A stretch of DNA of 64,000 nucleotides, taken from the NCBI RefSeq assembly GCF_001447785.1, contig NW_015167588.1, positions 131,884-195,883 on the forward strand, read 5' to 3'. Within the stretch, counting starts at the first letter, position 1, and every line of letters starts with the position of its first letter. Made by a program: the position numbers and the translations under genes. Shown here one piece after another: positions 21,780 to 35,130 of this stretch. The stretch comes from Gekko japonicus (lineage: Eukaryota). The notes under the pieces are model-generated. The model was not told the DNA's origin and made no database searches. It worked only from the letters and a program-made list of their open reading frames with translations.

Positions 21780-23252
21780 AATCTGGCCCGGGAGGGGAAG
21801 TAGGGGACTGGTGCGAGGGCATACATAATGCCTGGCCCCTTGTGGGGAAAACTCTTGACAAGGCGAAAGCTGCCTATAAAGCGCAAGTTGATAAGAAACG
21901 TACTTTGGGGTGGGAGTTGCATCCAAGGGACTCTGTCTATGTCTCTACTAAAAACATTAAAGGCCTGCAACCCAGCCGAAAACTGGGATGGAAATACGTG
22001 GGGCCTTTTCCACTGGTTCGGAAACTTAATTATGTAACTGTTGAATTAGCCTTCCCCCAAAATATGAAACATCTGCATCCTGTTTTTCATCACAGCCTTT
22101 TAAAAAAGGATCTGGGGCCCAACGTCTGGCGGCCACAACGTCCCCAGCCACCTAGTGACCCTGGGCCCCAAGGAGGCCAGGCTTGCTGCCACAAGGGACA
22201 GGTCCTTTTCGGTGGCAGTTCCTACCTGGTAGAATGAGTTCCTGGAGGAGATCGGCCCTGCGGGATCTTTTACGGGAGCTCTTCCGCCAGGCTTTTGAGT
22301 AGGAGCCACTGCCGCCACTACCACTTCCACCACCGTGCGACTGCAGAGCAGTTTCCCCTGGTTGAGCTGACTGGCCATCTGAACATCGTGGCCTATGGCA
22401 TCCCCCCCAAGTTGATCCCAACATGATATGCACTAGGGAGTATTTTAGTCGTTTATGCATCCTGTGAGATGTGCATTTTTGCCTAAATTGTTTTAACCTG
22501 TTTACTTTTTCTTGCACTTTTGTGCCTTAATTGTTTTAACCTGTTGTAATTTTATTGCACTTTTGTGCCTTGTTTTAACCTGTTGTATTTTTATTGCACT
22601 TTTGTGCCTATGTAAGCCGCCCTGAGCCCGCGTGCGGGGAGGGCGGGGTATAAATAAAATAAAATAAATAAAAATAAATAAATGATGGTGAATGGCAAAC
22701 ATCATTTTGAAGTCTCTCAAATCTTGGACTCGAGGCGGAAACAGGGCCAACTGTATTATCTCATTGAATGGGTAGACTTTGGGCTGGAGCATTGGGAGTG
22801 GGTGGAGGCTTCTGACGTTCATGCCCCATGGCTCCTCTGTGACTTTCACGAATGGTTCCCTGGGAAACTGGGTGGAGGGGGGCCTTCGGGGGGGCAGGAT
22901 GTCAGCTGAGGCTGCCATGGGATGGAATGTGTGGGTTGCTCTTCTTGTCTCCCTCCTCCCTTTCCCCCTTCAGCTGCGCTCTTTTATCTGTCCAGTGTCC
23001 TTGAAGGTTTTACTCTGCCTGCTCCTAGCGTCCTGCTGGGAAGTAACCGTTGCTTTTTGCCCACGTCTTCAGGTGCTTGCCTACTGGCTTTACTGTATCA
23101 GGGGGTCACATATGAAGGGGGTATATCTGAAGGTTCAAATCATTAGCCCGCCATTCCTGATACAAGTGTTCATGGTGTCCTGAGTACTAGCTCTCAATAA
23201 ACTGAAACTTCTGAAGGAACGTTGTTGAGTGTCTTGACTGGGAAGCCTGACA
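21780..23252 (+). mobile_element. Ty3/Gypsy chromovirus-type LTR retrotransposon 3' fragment (integrase GPY/F + chromodomain + PPT + 3' LTR)
   Basis: KLGWKYVGPF...HPVFHHSLLK; chromodomain FEVSQILDSR...YLIEWVDFG...WEWV; purine tract before LTR 22900-23252 (TGTCAG...CTGACA, AATAAA at ~23196). Confidence 0.88.
22155..22682 (+). mobile_element. L2-type LINE 3' end nested in the Gypsy integrase
   Basis: R-S-F-S-V-A-V-P-T-W...ELPEEI-like decayed coding tail, TGTAAGCCGCCCTGAG...GGGTATAAAT and (TAAAA)n tail; internal ~40-45-bp tandem repeats at 22472-22610. Confidence 0.75.
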
Positions 23253-23570
23253 CCTTGCTTATAATTCAGTCTTAAAATCGCATATTCAGTTATTTCCTTT
23301 TCCTAATCCCATAGCAGTGTTCATACGTGCAGATATTGGAAAAAAGTACATAAATTTGCAAAGAAATTTTTAAAATGTAAGTTAAAGGAATTTGCTCATG
23401 ACTTTTCTTTCTGCTTCCTTTTTCAAACATGTTTCTTGTCCTTATGGCTGCAGAGCAAGTTGTGTGCCTGAAGGTGCTTCTATATCAATATTATGCACTA
23501 ACCAGAAAGAACCTTCCATTTTAAACCAGAAAACAGAAGGGAATATAAGTGAGCTTGCAATATATCCAAA

Positions 23571-24318
23571 TGTCCGGGGTGGGACAGAGCTCTGGCTCTG
23601 CAGCGACGACCCCCAGTGACCTGTATTCGTGCCGACCGTCCTGCACAGCTCTGGACCCCTCCCGACATCTGGAACTTAACCAGGGACAGTGGGGAGCTCT
23701 GGAGTGGGGCATATGGCAGCAGCAACCACTGAGGCAAGCCGGCAAGTGAGGGAGGCGACAGCCTCCATGAGGAGCTTGCCAAATGCTGTGGCAGCAGTAA
23801 GGGATGCAGCCCCGGGAAGAGAACCAGCTAGGAGGCTGGGAAATGCAGCAGTCACTCTCTAGGCTGCCACAAAACTGCAGGGAAAGACCAGTGAGGACTG
23901 AAGCTGGCTGGGAGACTGCTTGAAGCTGATGGTGTCCAGCCTTCTCCTCCAGCCTTCTCGGGCCATCATGGCCAGTGTTGGCCGAAGCAGGTGATTGGAG
24001 GAGGCGGGCCCAAGGACAGACCCTGGATCCAGAGGGCCAAAGGTAAGGGAACCTTAGGTGTTGGCAGGGAGATGGACCAGTAAGAGCATAGGGTGCAGAG
24101 GGGTGGATGCTGGGACTGGAAGACTGATGTATGGACAGAACCAAGCATGGAATAAAAGGTCCCATGCAACAGGCTGGGGAGAAAATAGAAACAGGCGACT
24201 CAAGGCCGCAAGAGGGTCACGTCCAGTGGGGGAGGGGGGGAGGAACCAGGTGGCACAACCCCCTCCCCCTCCCATTCTGAGGCCTGAGAAACCTTCCGTA
24301 GGGCAGGGGCACAAGACA
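23571..24318. mobile_element. putative solo LTR (GC-rich)
   Basis: TGTC...GACA termini bound a GC-rich block in AT-rich intron; no clean TSD. Confidence 0.4.
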
Positions 24319-24884
24319 GTGGAGTCCCAAGCGGCAAAGTGGCCACACGTGGGGCTTCACACCAAAGAAGGTGGAAATGGCAACTTGTGTAATTGATAGG
24401 GACCGGTTTTGTAGAGCTTTAGAAAATATAAATAGAGGGCAACACTATGACTGAAAGGAGGGCTATGGATATACCGCTGGGCAATTTCCTATGAGGTGGG
24501 CCTGAACTGAAAAAACTTGTATAAGGTGCTAAATAGGAAATTATCTCCAGGTATGGCACAAGAGTCAAAGCTGGGGAACTTGGGTGGATGAAAATAGCAG
24601 GTCTCTTTTAATATTCTGGTAAAAATATTTATTCAATACATATAGCTGCTCAGTTCCTAAACACTCAGATCCTGACATCTTAAGACAGTGATTACTGATC
24701 ACTCTCTCTGCCTAACCTACCTCATTGGGTGGTGGTTGTGAAAATAAAATGGAGGGGAGAACTCTGTTCAGGCCCACTGGGGCCAAAAGTGGGGTGTAAA
24801 TATCTAAAATATATATATACAACTTTTGAATCATATTACAAATCAGCACACATACTGCAATTCAGTAGGAAATTATTAGGATAC

Positions 24885-24974
24885 CTTGCTATGTACAATT
24901 CCATCTTCAGTCTCTCCTCCTGAGATCTGCCCTTCATCAAATGATGGTGGGTTTTCTTTCATAGCTAAATACAG
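24885..24974 (-). CDS. NDC80: NDC80 exon 7
   Basis: LYLAMKENPPSFDEGQISGGETEDGIVHSK. Confidence 0.93.
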
Positions 24975-25664
24975 CTAGATTACACAGAGAAATGTGTAAG
25001 TTAGTAACATCCCTATAATTATTTCTGAAACTTAAGCCTTATTTATTACCTTATTTTCTTAATGGTAAAGCACTCTTTTTACTTATAATTTGGCCAACAG
25101 TACTATTAGTAGGCATATGACGGTCAAACACTGAGAACAGTGGAGTTCAAGAACCAAAGACGAAAATGTGTATTAAAATGTTTTAAAATATTTAAATGGT
25201 CATTTGTTATATAGGTATACTTTCTCGTTGTTTCCTTTAGCATTCCTGTAACTAAGGGGATGGCAATCCCTATCCTACTTCTTCTACCTAACAAAATTCA
25301 GGTAGCCAATTTCCCCTTCTTTAGTCTTCAGCTTAAGCTAGCAGAGAGAGCATTGCTAGCATTTCTTTAAACTCTGTTCAGGCTTTTCCTCATCTTCGTC
25401 TAGATCTTGAAGACACTGGCAAAAGATAAAGCTACCAATTTCCCTCTGATCAACACCACTTGAAGATACTGAAGACACCAAGGTGCTGCACCTGGAACAA
25501 TCTACTTCCTCCTCAGCTGACCCTCTCAAGCATCCAGATCAAGCTTCTTCCTTCAGAAAGATCTTACCACTGTGGTAACATCTAGCCTAGAAAACTGCAA
25601 TGCACTCTATGTGAGGCTACCTTTGTTCAGAACCTATAGCTGGTACAGAATGCTGTAGCCAGAA

Positions 25665-26288
25665 TAGAGATGTAAAATTTCCAGAAATTTTGAAGCTTGG
25701 AAAAAAACCCGGTTTTCCCCCCGTTTTTTCCGGGGGAAATTGGAAATTTTCAGAAAAATTGAAAAAAATGCTACATTAGCATTTCTTTTGTCTTTTCTAG
25801 ATTGAAAGTCATTCTGTTACTTTAGGAACATTAAATATGACTATGGACATTTTTACTTGGCATGAAATTATCACAACTAGCATATTAAAAATATAGTGTA
25901 TCCAAACAATTATTACAAACAGAATACCCACCCACATGTAAAAACAAAATTGAAACTTTTTTATTTTCTTCTGACAATCGCACCTTCTAAAGGAAAAAAC
26001 GCATCTTGTTCTTGCATTGGAGAGTTCAGTTTGTAACCTAGGACTTGCTTGTCCTCAGTGCACAGAAATTAGATCAATCTGATACCATATATATATATTA
26101 GAAATGATTTGGAAAATATTTGAACACCTTGTCTTAAAATATTTTATTCATCATGTTAAAATAAAACGTTCCATAATAATTTTTTTTCTTTTCTTTTTTC
26201 AATTTTTCGGAAAAAAACAAAAAAGCTTCAGGAAAAAACCGGGAAAAAATGGTTTTTTCCTGAATTTTTCCGGGCCTTCACATCTCTA
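25665..26288. mobile_element. hAT MITE inserted in an L2 fragment
   Basis: TIR TAGAGATGT...ACATCTCTA; perfect 8-bp TSD AGCCAGAA (25657-25664, 26289-26296); host L2 peptide DHITPALFHLHWL resumes after it. Confidence 0.85.
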
Positions 26289-27419
26289 AGCCAGAATTCT
26301 GACTGCAGTGGGTTGTAAGGACCATATCACTCCAGCCTTGTTCCACCTACACTGGCTCCTGATCAGCTTCCATGCCCAAATCAAGGTGCTGGTATTGACT
26401 TCTAAAGCCCTATACAGCTTGAGTCCAACATACAACAAGGATCGCCGACTCTCACAAGAACCTACCCACTTACTGTGGTCATCTTCTAGAGTTCTTTTTT
26501 GGGAGCCCTTGCCAACTGAGTCTAGATGAGTGGCAACCCAAGAAGAGGACTTCATAGTCATGGCACCAAAATTACGGAATTCTTTCCCCTGGGAAATTTG
26601 TCCCCCTCAATCATTGTTTGCCACCCATGGGTTGGCTTAGCTTTTTGTTTAGCATCCCCTCACTGACCCTCCTGCCCACTTATGTCTTTTGTTTAATTGT
26701 TCTTTTTAATTGGTTTCATAATAGGCATTTTTAAAAGCTTGTTTTAATGGTTTTTATTGTTTGCTGCTCTGGGGGCCCTGAGCTGGGTGGAAAGGTGGAA
26801 TAAACAACATTTGTCCTCTTTTTCAGCTTTCTCTGTTGCCTTTGCCAGCAAGTGCTGACTCTTGCTCTTGGCACTCAAGTGACTTATCAGCTGACTCTAC
26901 TCCTTCTCCTCTCAGACCCCCTCTGTTTAGGCTGAAGATGGTCTCTTATTTTTCCCCCACCAGATCTTTTAAGCAATCAGAGCTACTAAGTCTCAGGCCC
27001 TCACTTTATTGGTTCTAAGCTAAAAGCCAACAAAAGTGGTTAAACCATCTACTAACTGACCAACCAGAAGCATGTACTTTAAATTTTTCTGTCTCATACA
27101 GATACAGAAAAGTCTCACTGAGAACCTCAAAGAGAAAGTTGTTCCCTTGACAATAGTAATTATGTGTCAGCTCCATAGCCAGGCAAGCTGCACACATATT
27201 TTCAGGCTGACAGAATTAAAATCACCTCACATTTACCTCATAACTTTACAATTTTAGTATGAAACATTTTAAAATTCATAACTACCCTATTTATCTGGAT
27301 TTTTATCCCACATGTGCCATCAAAAAAAGAGGGATCCACCCTAAATCTGCATACAAGTTAATTACATGCAGTAAAAAAACACCTTTTTTATAGATAATAT
27401 TGGTTTTGGTCAGTCTTTC

Positions 27420-27817
27420 CAAGATACAGGCAGCGGCGGCGAGATCGGTGGGGCGACCCCTGGTGGCCAGCAAAGTGCAACATCGAGCGGTGGAACGGAT
27501 GACAGCGGAGGCGGAAGGCGCGGTGACGTGGAGGCGCAGGCACGGCGGAGCCAAAATGGACGTTAGCCGCAGCCGCCAAAAAATGGAAGACCTATCCCTA
27601 GACGCCAGGACGAAAGCACCGACCCCGAAGACCGCCGGAAGAAGTAGGAGCCGAGCCGGAGAACAGCAAGCCCCACCACCTGGGTGCTGGTAGGCAGCCC
27701 CTGCCCCTGTACCATGTGGCCGTAGATAGGGAAAGTAGACTTAGACTTTGTATGTAAACCGCCCAGAGACCCTTCGGGGTCAGGGCGGTATATAAGCCGA
27801 ATGTATAAATAAATAAA
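27420..27817 (+). mobile_element. CpG-rich L2-type LINE 3' end
   Basis: Ends TGTAAACCGCCCAGAG...GGGCGGTATATAAG followed by (TAAA)n; CpGs largely intact. Confidence 0.6.
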
Positions 27818-28276
27818 TCCCTCAGTAATTTTTGCTGAAAGAAGCAATTTCTATCAGCAGAGCATACGTTCTTCACTCTCCCTTTCTGTTGAAATACTCT
27901 CTCCACAAAATGCTGTTTCTGTGGGACAGGGGACCCTCCTCAGGAACAGGGATGGGAGTTGTAGGTCTGCAATCAACTAAAGTTGTCCAACCCTCTGTTC
28001 TGTTCATGGAAATCATCCTCTGGATCAAGCCATAAGACTTTAACCACTACAAGATAGCCATAAAACTTTATGCTGCAAAGAATCTAACAGCCAGAACTAC
28101 CAGATTAAAAATATTAAATTTTTGAGCCTCAAGTTTATAAATTCTAAACTTACCAGTTTACATACTTATAGCAATTATGTTTAACAATTAAATTTATAGC
28201 TGAGTACTTTATAGCAGTGGCAGATCATCATACACAAAAGATATCTGGAAAACCTTTCTGGAAGCTTTGTGGTTAC

Positions 28277-28379
28277 CTTGACACAGTCTATCAGCCAGAC
28301 TAAAGCAGCTACAATTTGAGGCCACGTGTGTGGTGCTCCCACTGTGCACATAGAGCTTTTTGACAGTGCAAAGGGATAT
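28277..28379 (-). CDS. NDC80: NDC80 exon 6 (CH domain toe)
   Basis: [34 protein letters not shown]. Confidence 0.96.
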
Positions 28380-30340
28380 CTACAAGAAAAAGCACTGCAG
28401 TTATGGTACAACATTTTAATTAAAATTGTTACATGGTATTTTATAATTATGTTGATCTAACTTGTTGTTTTTAATTGTACTATATTGTATTAATACTGCT
28501 GGAACCCGCCCTGAGCCTGTGGGATACAAGGCCAATAAATTAAAAATAAATTAGTAAATTAAATAATTTCTATACATCAATTTAAGGTTCATTTATCAGT
28601 ATGGTCAGGTAGGAGCAATTGCATTTCTTCTTTCTGCATCAGCACATTCACTCAAAGGACATTTTTCTGTATCAAGATCTTAAAATCCCACTTGAGTGGA
28701 ATTCATTACAAATCACAAATTGTTCAAGGACGCATAGTGAAAGAATGACTAACAGGTTGGCAAGACTAGCTGCCAAAATGTTTTACAATTTTGTTCTATT
28801 AAAGTTAATGCTTTAAAAATATGAAAACAAGTAAACCAGATACACATAAAAGGAAGGGGAAACATTTCTTAATTTTTGATGAATATCCACAGATTTCTAA
28901 TCTGAGTTGGCAATCCCATCCAGGTCTATTCAATATTCTTAGGTTTGCACTGTTAATTAGTACACTATATATAGTAATTATTTGAGATGAATTTGCCAAG
29001 AAGCTTGGGCAACATTGTTTGGGATATATGTCCATCTCAGCAGCTAGAATTGCCAGACCTATATACCTTGGTTCTTATCCTGTAGATTGGATTGGGGAAA
29101 AGGAATGAATGTTGATATTTCAGGTGTTAAGTGAAAGTTAACTGTAATTATTTTAAGTATGATATTAGGTTTAGCTTTGGGGGGTGAGGTGGTATAAATA
29201 GTATGTTAAAAACGGGTAAATCAAGCCATGTAAGTAGCCCTAGAGACTGCAATTTGTTGCCTGGATTTAAACAGAATTATTTATTTTTGCCCAAAAGGTT
29301 TATGGGGAAGATTCTGAAAGAAAAAATATCCCCACATAGAGCAGAATTTCTCTGGTCTCACATCCTAGCACCAAATATAGATGATTGCCTCAATTCTATT
29401 TACCCATCTCAGTCCATTCCCTGGCTGCTCAAAAAAAAACCAGTGGAATGTATCCTAGTTTTATATATATAGACAGTAGACGAATTGTTACAATGGTACG
29501 GCAAGGTTATTATCTATTAAACTGAATCAAAACCCAACTTGAGAATCTAACTGTACTACTGAATTGGTCTCCAAGGAACTGATAATACAGTGGCTTTATT
29601 AAGAAGGCAATATAGACCAGAGAAATCTAAGTCAGGTAGAGTTTCCCATTATTGCATCATGGAGTACTTTAGATTTACAGTCTTCTAGGCTAACAGTCAA
29701 TCTCCCCCTACAAAAGCTATTTTCCCTGTTGGGGTAAAAATGTTATAGCAATTCACTGTATTCTCCACTTTAAGAAAGAACTCTGTTTGCAAACAATGTT
29801 AACTTTCATACGTTCCCAACAGTAATATAGTTCTCATAGATTCCTAAACAAATACGGATTGAATCCATTAAAGGTATTTATGAAAAACTTCTGATACTGA
29901 GAGAAACACTGGCAGTTCAAGAAAAGTACATTGAATATATGTCTGAAAAAATCTCAGAATTCATGTTAAATCAAATAATGACAAATTAAATTCCTCTGGG
30001 CATAGAGCAGGGCTTACTAGAAGAGTGTGCATGTGGGGGGGCTGTGAATTTCCTATATTGTGCAGGGGGTTGGACTAGATGACCTTTGGGGATTCCTTCC
30101 AGCTCTATGTTTCTATGTGAGTTGAAAGCTGCTGACTGCTCAGAAGATCTGATCCCAGCAAAATCATTTTACAATTCGGGGGTAGTCAACAAAAAAAAAT
30201 TGAAATACAGATTGTTAAAATATGTTCAACATAGCACATAGATCCTGTTCTCCTTTAAGCCTAAGTGTTCCACTGCTCAAGAGAAGTCCAAATTGCAATA
30301 ACTAACAGTACCTAAATATAGGAGAACTTTTATTTTAGCA

Positions 30341-30648
30341 CAGGGGTGGCCAAATTTGCTTAACGTAAGAGCCACATAGAATAAACATCAGATGCTTGAC
30401 AGCCGCAAGACATGAACAAATATTACACATTTTTACTGGGAAATATGCAAATTTACTTTTTATTAACATTAAATGAGACTGCCAAAAATAATAACAAAAG
30501 GGGGTAAAAGCAGATATTGATAATGATATTTGTCCAATGCTATTTGTTTGCTAATGATACTTAACTTCCCCAGCCGCCCTGCTGGGAGCTGCACGGTATG
30601 TGCGAAAGAGCCACATGTGGCTCCCAAGCCACAATCTGGCCACCCATG
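30341..30648. mobile_element. hAT (Charlie-like) MITE
   Basis: TIR CAGGGGTGGCCA...TGGCCACCCATG; perfect TSD TTTTAGCA. Confidence 0.85.
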
Positions 30649-31634
30649 TTTTAGCATTTTGTCACTTTTTGCCATCAGCAATCCTTAAGGTTTGTTACAA
30701 GTAAATTCTGTCAAGCATCCATCTTTGCTCTTGTCATTCCAGGGGATAACTGTGTAGCCCACATGTTGCTGTGCCGTATTTACTATTAAGTAAAGAAGCT
30801 TATTTTGGCCACTGTAGAGAAACTTATGATTAATATTTAAGAAGTCTTGGAGCAATCACCTTCCCTTCCTCTCCTCAACAACAGACACCCTGTGAGGTAG
30901 GTGGGGCTGAGAGAGCTCTGAAAGAGCTGTGACTGACCTAAGGTCACCCAGCTGGCTTGATGTGGAGGAATGGGGAATCAAACCCGATTCTCCAGATTAG
31001 AGTCCTGCTGCTCTTAAGCACTACACCAAACTGGCTCTCTTAATATTTAGGGTACAATCTTAAATACGCTATCCCAGGAGAAAACTACACTGAATAACAT
31101 AAAATTTACTTCTGAGTAAACCTGTTTAGGTTTGCTCCTTACCCTTTTTTGTAAGGAATAACGGTGTATATTGCTAAAATGCAACTTTGTAACAATAGTC
31201 ATTGAGACCAGATCCTAAACGATAAAGGACTTTTGTAATCCCTTTGATTTAATCAATTTAACTACAGTGTATTGCTGCTAGAAGGAGGTCAGTTGATCAT
31301 ACAATAAAGACACTGAGGGAGATAAATTAATCTCAAGCAAGAGGTCATTGTGTCACATGTTACATTTTAATGGCTAAGTATATTATTTACTCCTGCTTCC
31401 TGAAAACTGGGACACTTTGGAAAAAGAAAACTTGAACAAAAAGCAACTGATCAATGCAATATTACCACCGTTCAAAAATTAAGTGCTTACAACCAAGTGC
31501 ACTAGTCAACACAAGAATTTAGTTTAGGAAATTAGAAAAAGTGTTACAATGGTCATCCCAGAAAGTACTCTAAGTGTGTAAATAATTTTCTTTCCTATTG
31601 AAAAAAAAGAAAAGAAATCTGTCTTGGTACTTAC

Positions 31635-31807
31635 CCAAGCTCTCTAAAAATCCTGGGGATTTCTTCTTCAAACTTAGTACTAGGGAGCTCATAAGAAGGA
31701 CACAGTAACCCAAAAATAAAACTGAAGATTTTCACAAAGTCTTTAACAGATGGAGCCTGAAGCGACTTCACAGAGACATTGGGACCATATCCATATGATA
31801 CAAGAAA
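31635..31807 (-). CDS. NDC80: NDC80 exon 5 (CH domain)
   Basis: [58 protein letters not shown]. Confidence 0.96.
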
Positions 31808-32314
31808 CTGAGGAAACAGACAGATGTATTACCATCATATATGAGCAATTTCATGCTAGATTAAAAAACACTGCAAAACCATTTAATTACCTAAAACAGG
31901 ATTGCCATCCAATTCAGAAATCTTAGTCAATCAAGCCTATAAATTCTAATAGATATATTAATCTACCTGCATATGAATAAAATTATTCTGAAGAAAACCA
32001 CATTTATTCTGAAGAAAGCCACATTTTTAGATTACATACACATGTTAACATGGGAAGCATCCTTTTAGGGCCAAGCTAAACTTAACCTCTAACAACACTT
32101 GGGTTGTGGTTCCCCTGACGTGACTCACAGAAGTGAGTGACATAACCTCTAGCTGGGTTCAAAGAAAAAGGCTTTGCAAAGATTGCGCCTATCTTCTGTT
32201 TTGTATTAAAGTAATTCATATTTTTAAAGAGTACCCAGTTAAATTAGGGTTATTAACTTAGTCAGTGAAATGTTGTAGCTCCAACCAAAACAAGAAGTTT
32301 CACCAGTTACATAC

Positions 32315-32441
32315 ATCGCAGAGCTGCCGGATGCACTGCTGGATGAATGCTTTGTCATGGAGTGGCCTAGGTTCCTTGATCTTCTCCATACTCCCAAATA
32401 CACCATATTGGCTGTTCCGTAAACTTCCAGGTCCACTTGTT
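32315..32441 (-). CDS. NDC80: NDC80 exon 4
   Basis: [42 protein letters not shown]. Confidence 0.96.
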
Positions 32442-32709
32442 CTGGAATCAAGATGGCAAGGTAACTGTAACATTCTTAACACTTTTTAAAAATCATACAA
32501 ACAAACCTAATTGGACACAAAAGAAGTTATAAGAACTTTTATCTTGTGACACAGGCTTATAGGTACGCTATTTCATGCTTCTGATCTCCATTGTTAGATA
32601 AATATATCTAGGCTCATTTTAGCCAAAACTGTGGCAAGCAAAAGCTGTTCAGTACTTTAAAGTTATTATGCACAAGTTCAAGTTGAAGGCCTTGAGCCTG
32701 CAACATTAC

Positions 32710-32826
32710 CTTTTACCAAAAAAGCTGGTTTTTCTTTCAGATGCCCCCCAATTGCTAGTTTTTCTTTCTGATGTCCCTGGGGCATGCTTTCCCACACTTG
32801 GCTTTCCAAAAGTTGTCCGGTCTTGA
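32710..32826 (-). CDS. NDC80: NDC80 exon 3 (N-terminal tail, with 30-nt internal duplication)
   Basis: QDRTTFGKPSVGKHAPGTSERKTSNWGASERKTSFFGKR. Confidence 0.92.
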
Positions 32827-33169
32827 CTGCAAAGAAAATAATATTTATTTAGTTAGCTTACATTATTTATAGGCTGCCTTTCTCACTGGGACTCAAGGCA
32901 GATTACACAGAGTCAATATAATCAATAGGATGGGACTTTCAATAAACAATGAGATAGTATTTGGGTTGTAGAACCAACCAAAGTCTAAGAAACATAACTG
33001 AAGCAAAGCATAAGTGCTAACCTGATACATTAAATGATACAAGATTTCATAACAGGATTCAATCTACAGCAAGCTATACACAGTAGTATAGGCCACAGTC
33101 CCTAATAATTTGTCCAAGTAACTTTGTGAATCATTTTGTACAGAACTACCCTATCACCTGTGTAGAAAA

Positions 33170-33830
33170 GCCCTCTTAAATCATTCTGTTTTGCGTTCTT
33201 TGTGGAAAGTGAGGATAGTGGGAACATTCCTGACCTGCTCAGGCAGACCATTCCACAGAGGGCATATGTATGGGCAGTTACTGATTTTGCCCATTTGCAG
33301 ATTGGTCCCTGTTCAGATGAGTGAAGCTGTCATGGAAGAGGATCACAGATATGGGGGTCCAAGGCCATGAAGGGCTTTGTATGTGATACCCAGTGCTTTA
33401 AATTGAGCCTGCTACTGATGGGCAGCCAGTGGAGAAACTGCAGAATAGGATTCATATGCATACTTCATCTAGCTTTCAATAATAGCCAAACTGCAGTATT
33501 CTGTACCAGCTGGAGTTTCCAAATTGATTCTGAGAGGAGACGAATATATAGTTCATTACAGTAGTCTTGTCTCAATGTCACCATGGCATAGATCCAGGTA
33601 GCCAGATCAGGTGTATCAAGGTAAGAAGCCCCTTTTCAAGATAAACTGAGTTGGAAGAAAGCCTTTTTTGCAACTGCATTAAATTGCTTCTCCAGCAATA
33701 ATGCTGAGTCCAGTGTAACCCTGAGGCTCCTAACTAAGTCAGCAAGGATCAAATAAACCTCATCAAAATTTGTAAGCAAGACCTCCACTTCCCAAGCAGC
33801 ATTACTTCTGTCTTTCCAGGATTAGTTTCA
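33170..33830 (-). mobile_element. decayed L2-type LINE fragment
   Basis: Shares GACCATTCCACAG / CCATGAAGGGCTTTGT motifs with similar fragments at ~7730-8080 and ~48300-48670. Confidence 0.55.
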
Positions 33831-35130
33831 ATTTATTTATACAAGCATTGTGAACATTTCATATCCTCTTCATTAAATTCTCATTAACAAATTTTCAAAC
33901 GCTGAAAGTAAAAAAAATTAGCTCTCACCTTTAGTTAGGAGTATATATTGACTTACCAAACAAATTCTATTTGTGTCTTTACTTAAAAAATGTACCTGCA
34001 AATGCAATCTTCTACTATTGCCTTTAAAAATAAAATTCCTGTCATCATTAAAAAAATATCTCCAATCTTTGTATCTGTCTGGGCAGATTTGATTTAAGTC
34101 AGTAAGACTCAATTTAAATCATGGTTTTCTACCTAAAGGCTCATTCTTGCTGGCCTTAATATTTGCAACCCAGATGAACGTTTCATTTTAGTATAATAAC
34201 TTTTCAGGTTAGTTTTAGTTATATCAGAAAATTAATGACTGGTTATTTACCACTTGTGAAATAGATAATTATGAAATCATTGCAAGGTGAACTATCTCCA
34301 ATCTATTAGGTTGTTAATCATTCATATTTGAACAACTTTTCTGCTGTACTTTATTGGAAGGATAAAAATAATAATTAACAATAAACATTTAAATTGTTCT
34401 ATTTAACTAAAACAATAACATTATATAGCATATGTATTCTTGTATTTGCTTAAACATCCATAAGGATACACTCACAAAGATCTCAAGATTTCTGGAGTAT
34501 TCTGTTCAACAAGTTTCACTTTCATTTGTACTGCTTGCCCCTTCCTCCTTACACTTAGCTCTTAATATCCCCTCCTTATCCAACGTATTCCATCCCAAAC
34601 AACCTTATACTCGTTGAACTTATTGAAATTTAGCACTTAAGAGGTAAGGGGTTGATTCTGTGTACATATATTTGCAGAGGACCAATAGGACTGAGATCTC
34701 TAAACTCTGTATGTTTATTTTATAACATTTATGCTTTGAAGAAGAGGCATGTGATCTCTGCAGAAACAAATCCACAGTTTTGAGAACTATAAAACCAAAC
34801 GGATTAATGGAATTCATTTACCAAAAAATTTAAACATCGCATGAATATACAGCCACATTTTCTTAAATAGAAAATTATCTTTAGATTTTCCCTCAAAACT
34901 CCAATTTAAATAAAAAATCCAATTTAAAATTTTAAAAATCCGATTTATTTTTTTAGAAAAATAATAATTGATTTTTATCCACCCTGGTATATGCTGATCC
35001 TTTCACATTTTTTATTAGGTACTTCAAGCAAGTGTCAGATCTCCACAACACCTTATTTTCAAAATTCCTACTTCGGAATTCACTTTGTATTTTCTCAACT
35101 TGAAATCCCATCACAAAAAATATTACTTAC

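Noticed and set aside
23521-24396. 214-aa and overlapping ORFs in a GC-rich block
   Set aside because: No recognisable domain; lies in a putative solo LTR
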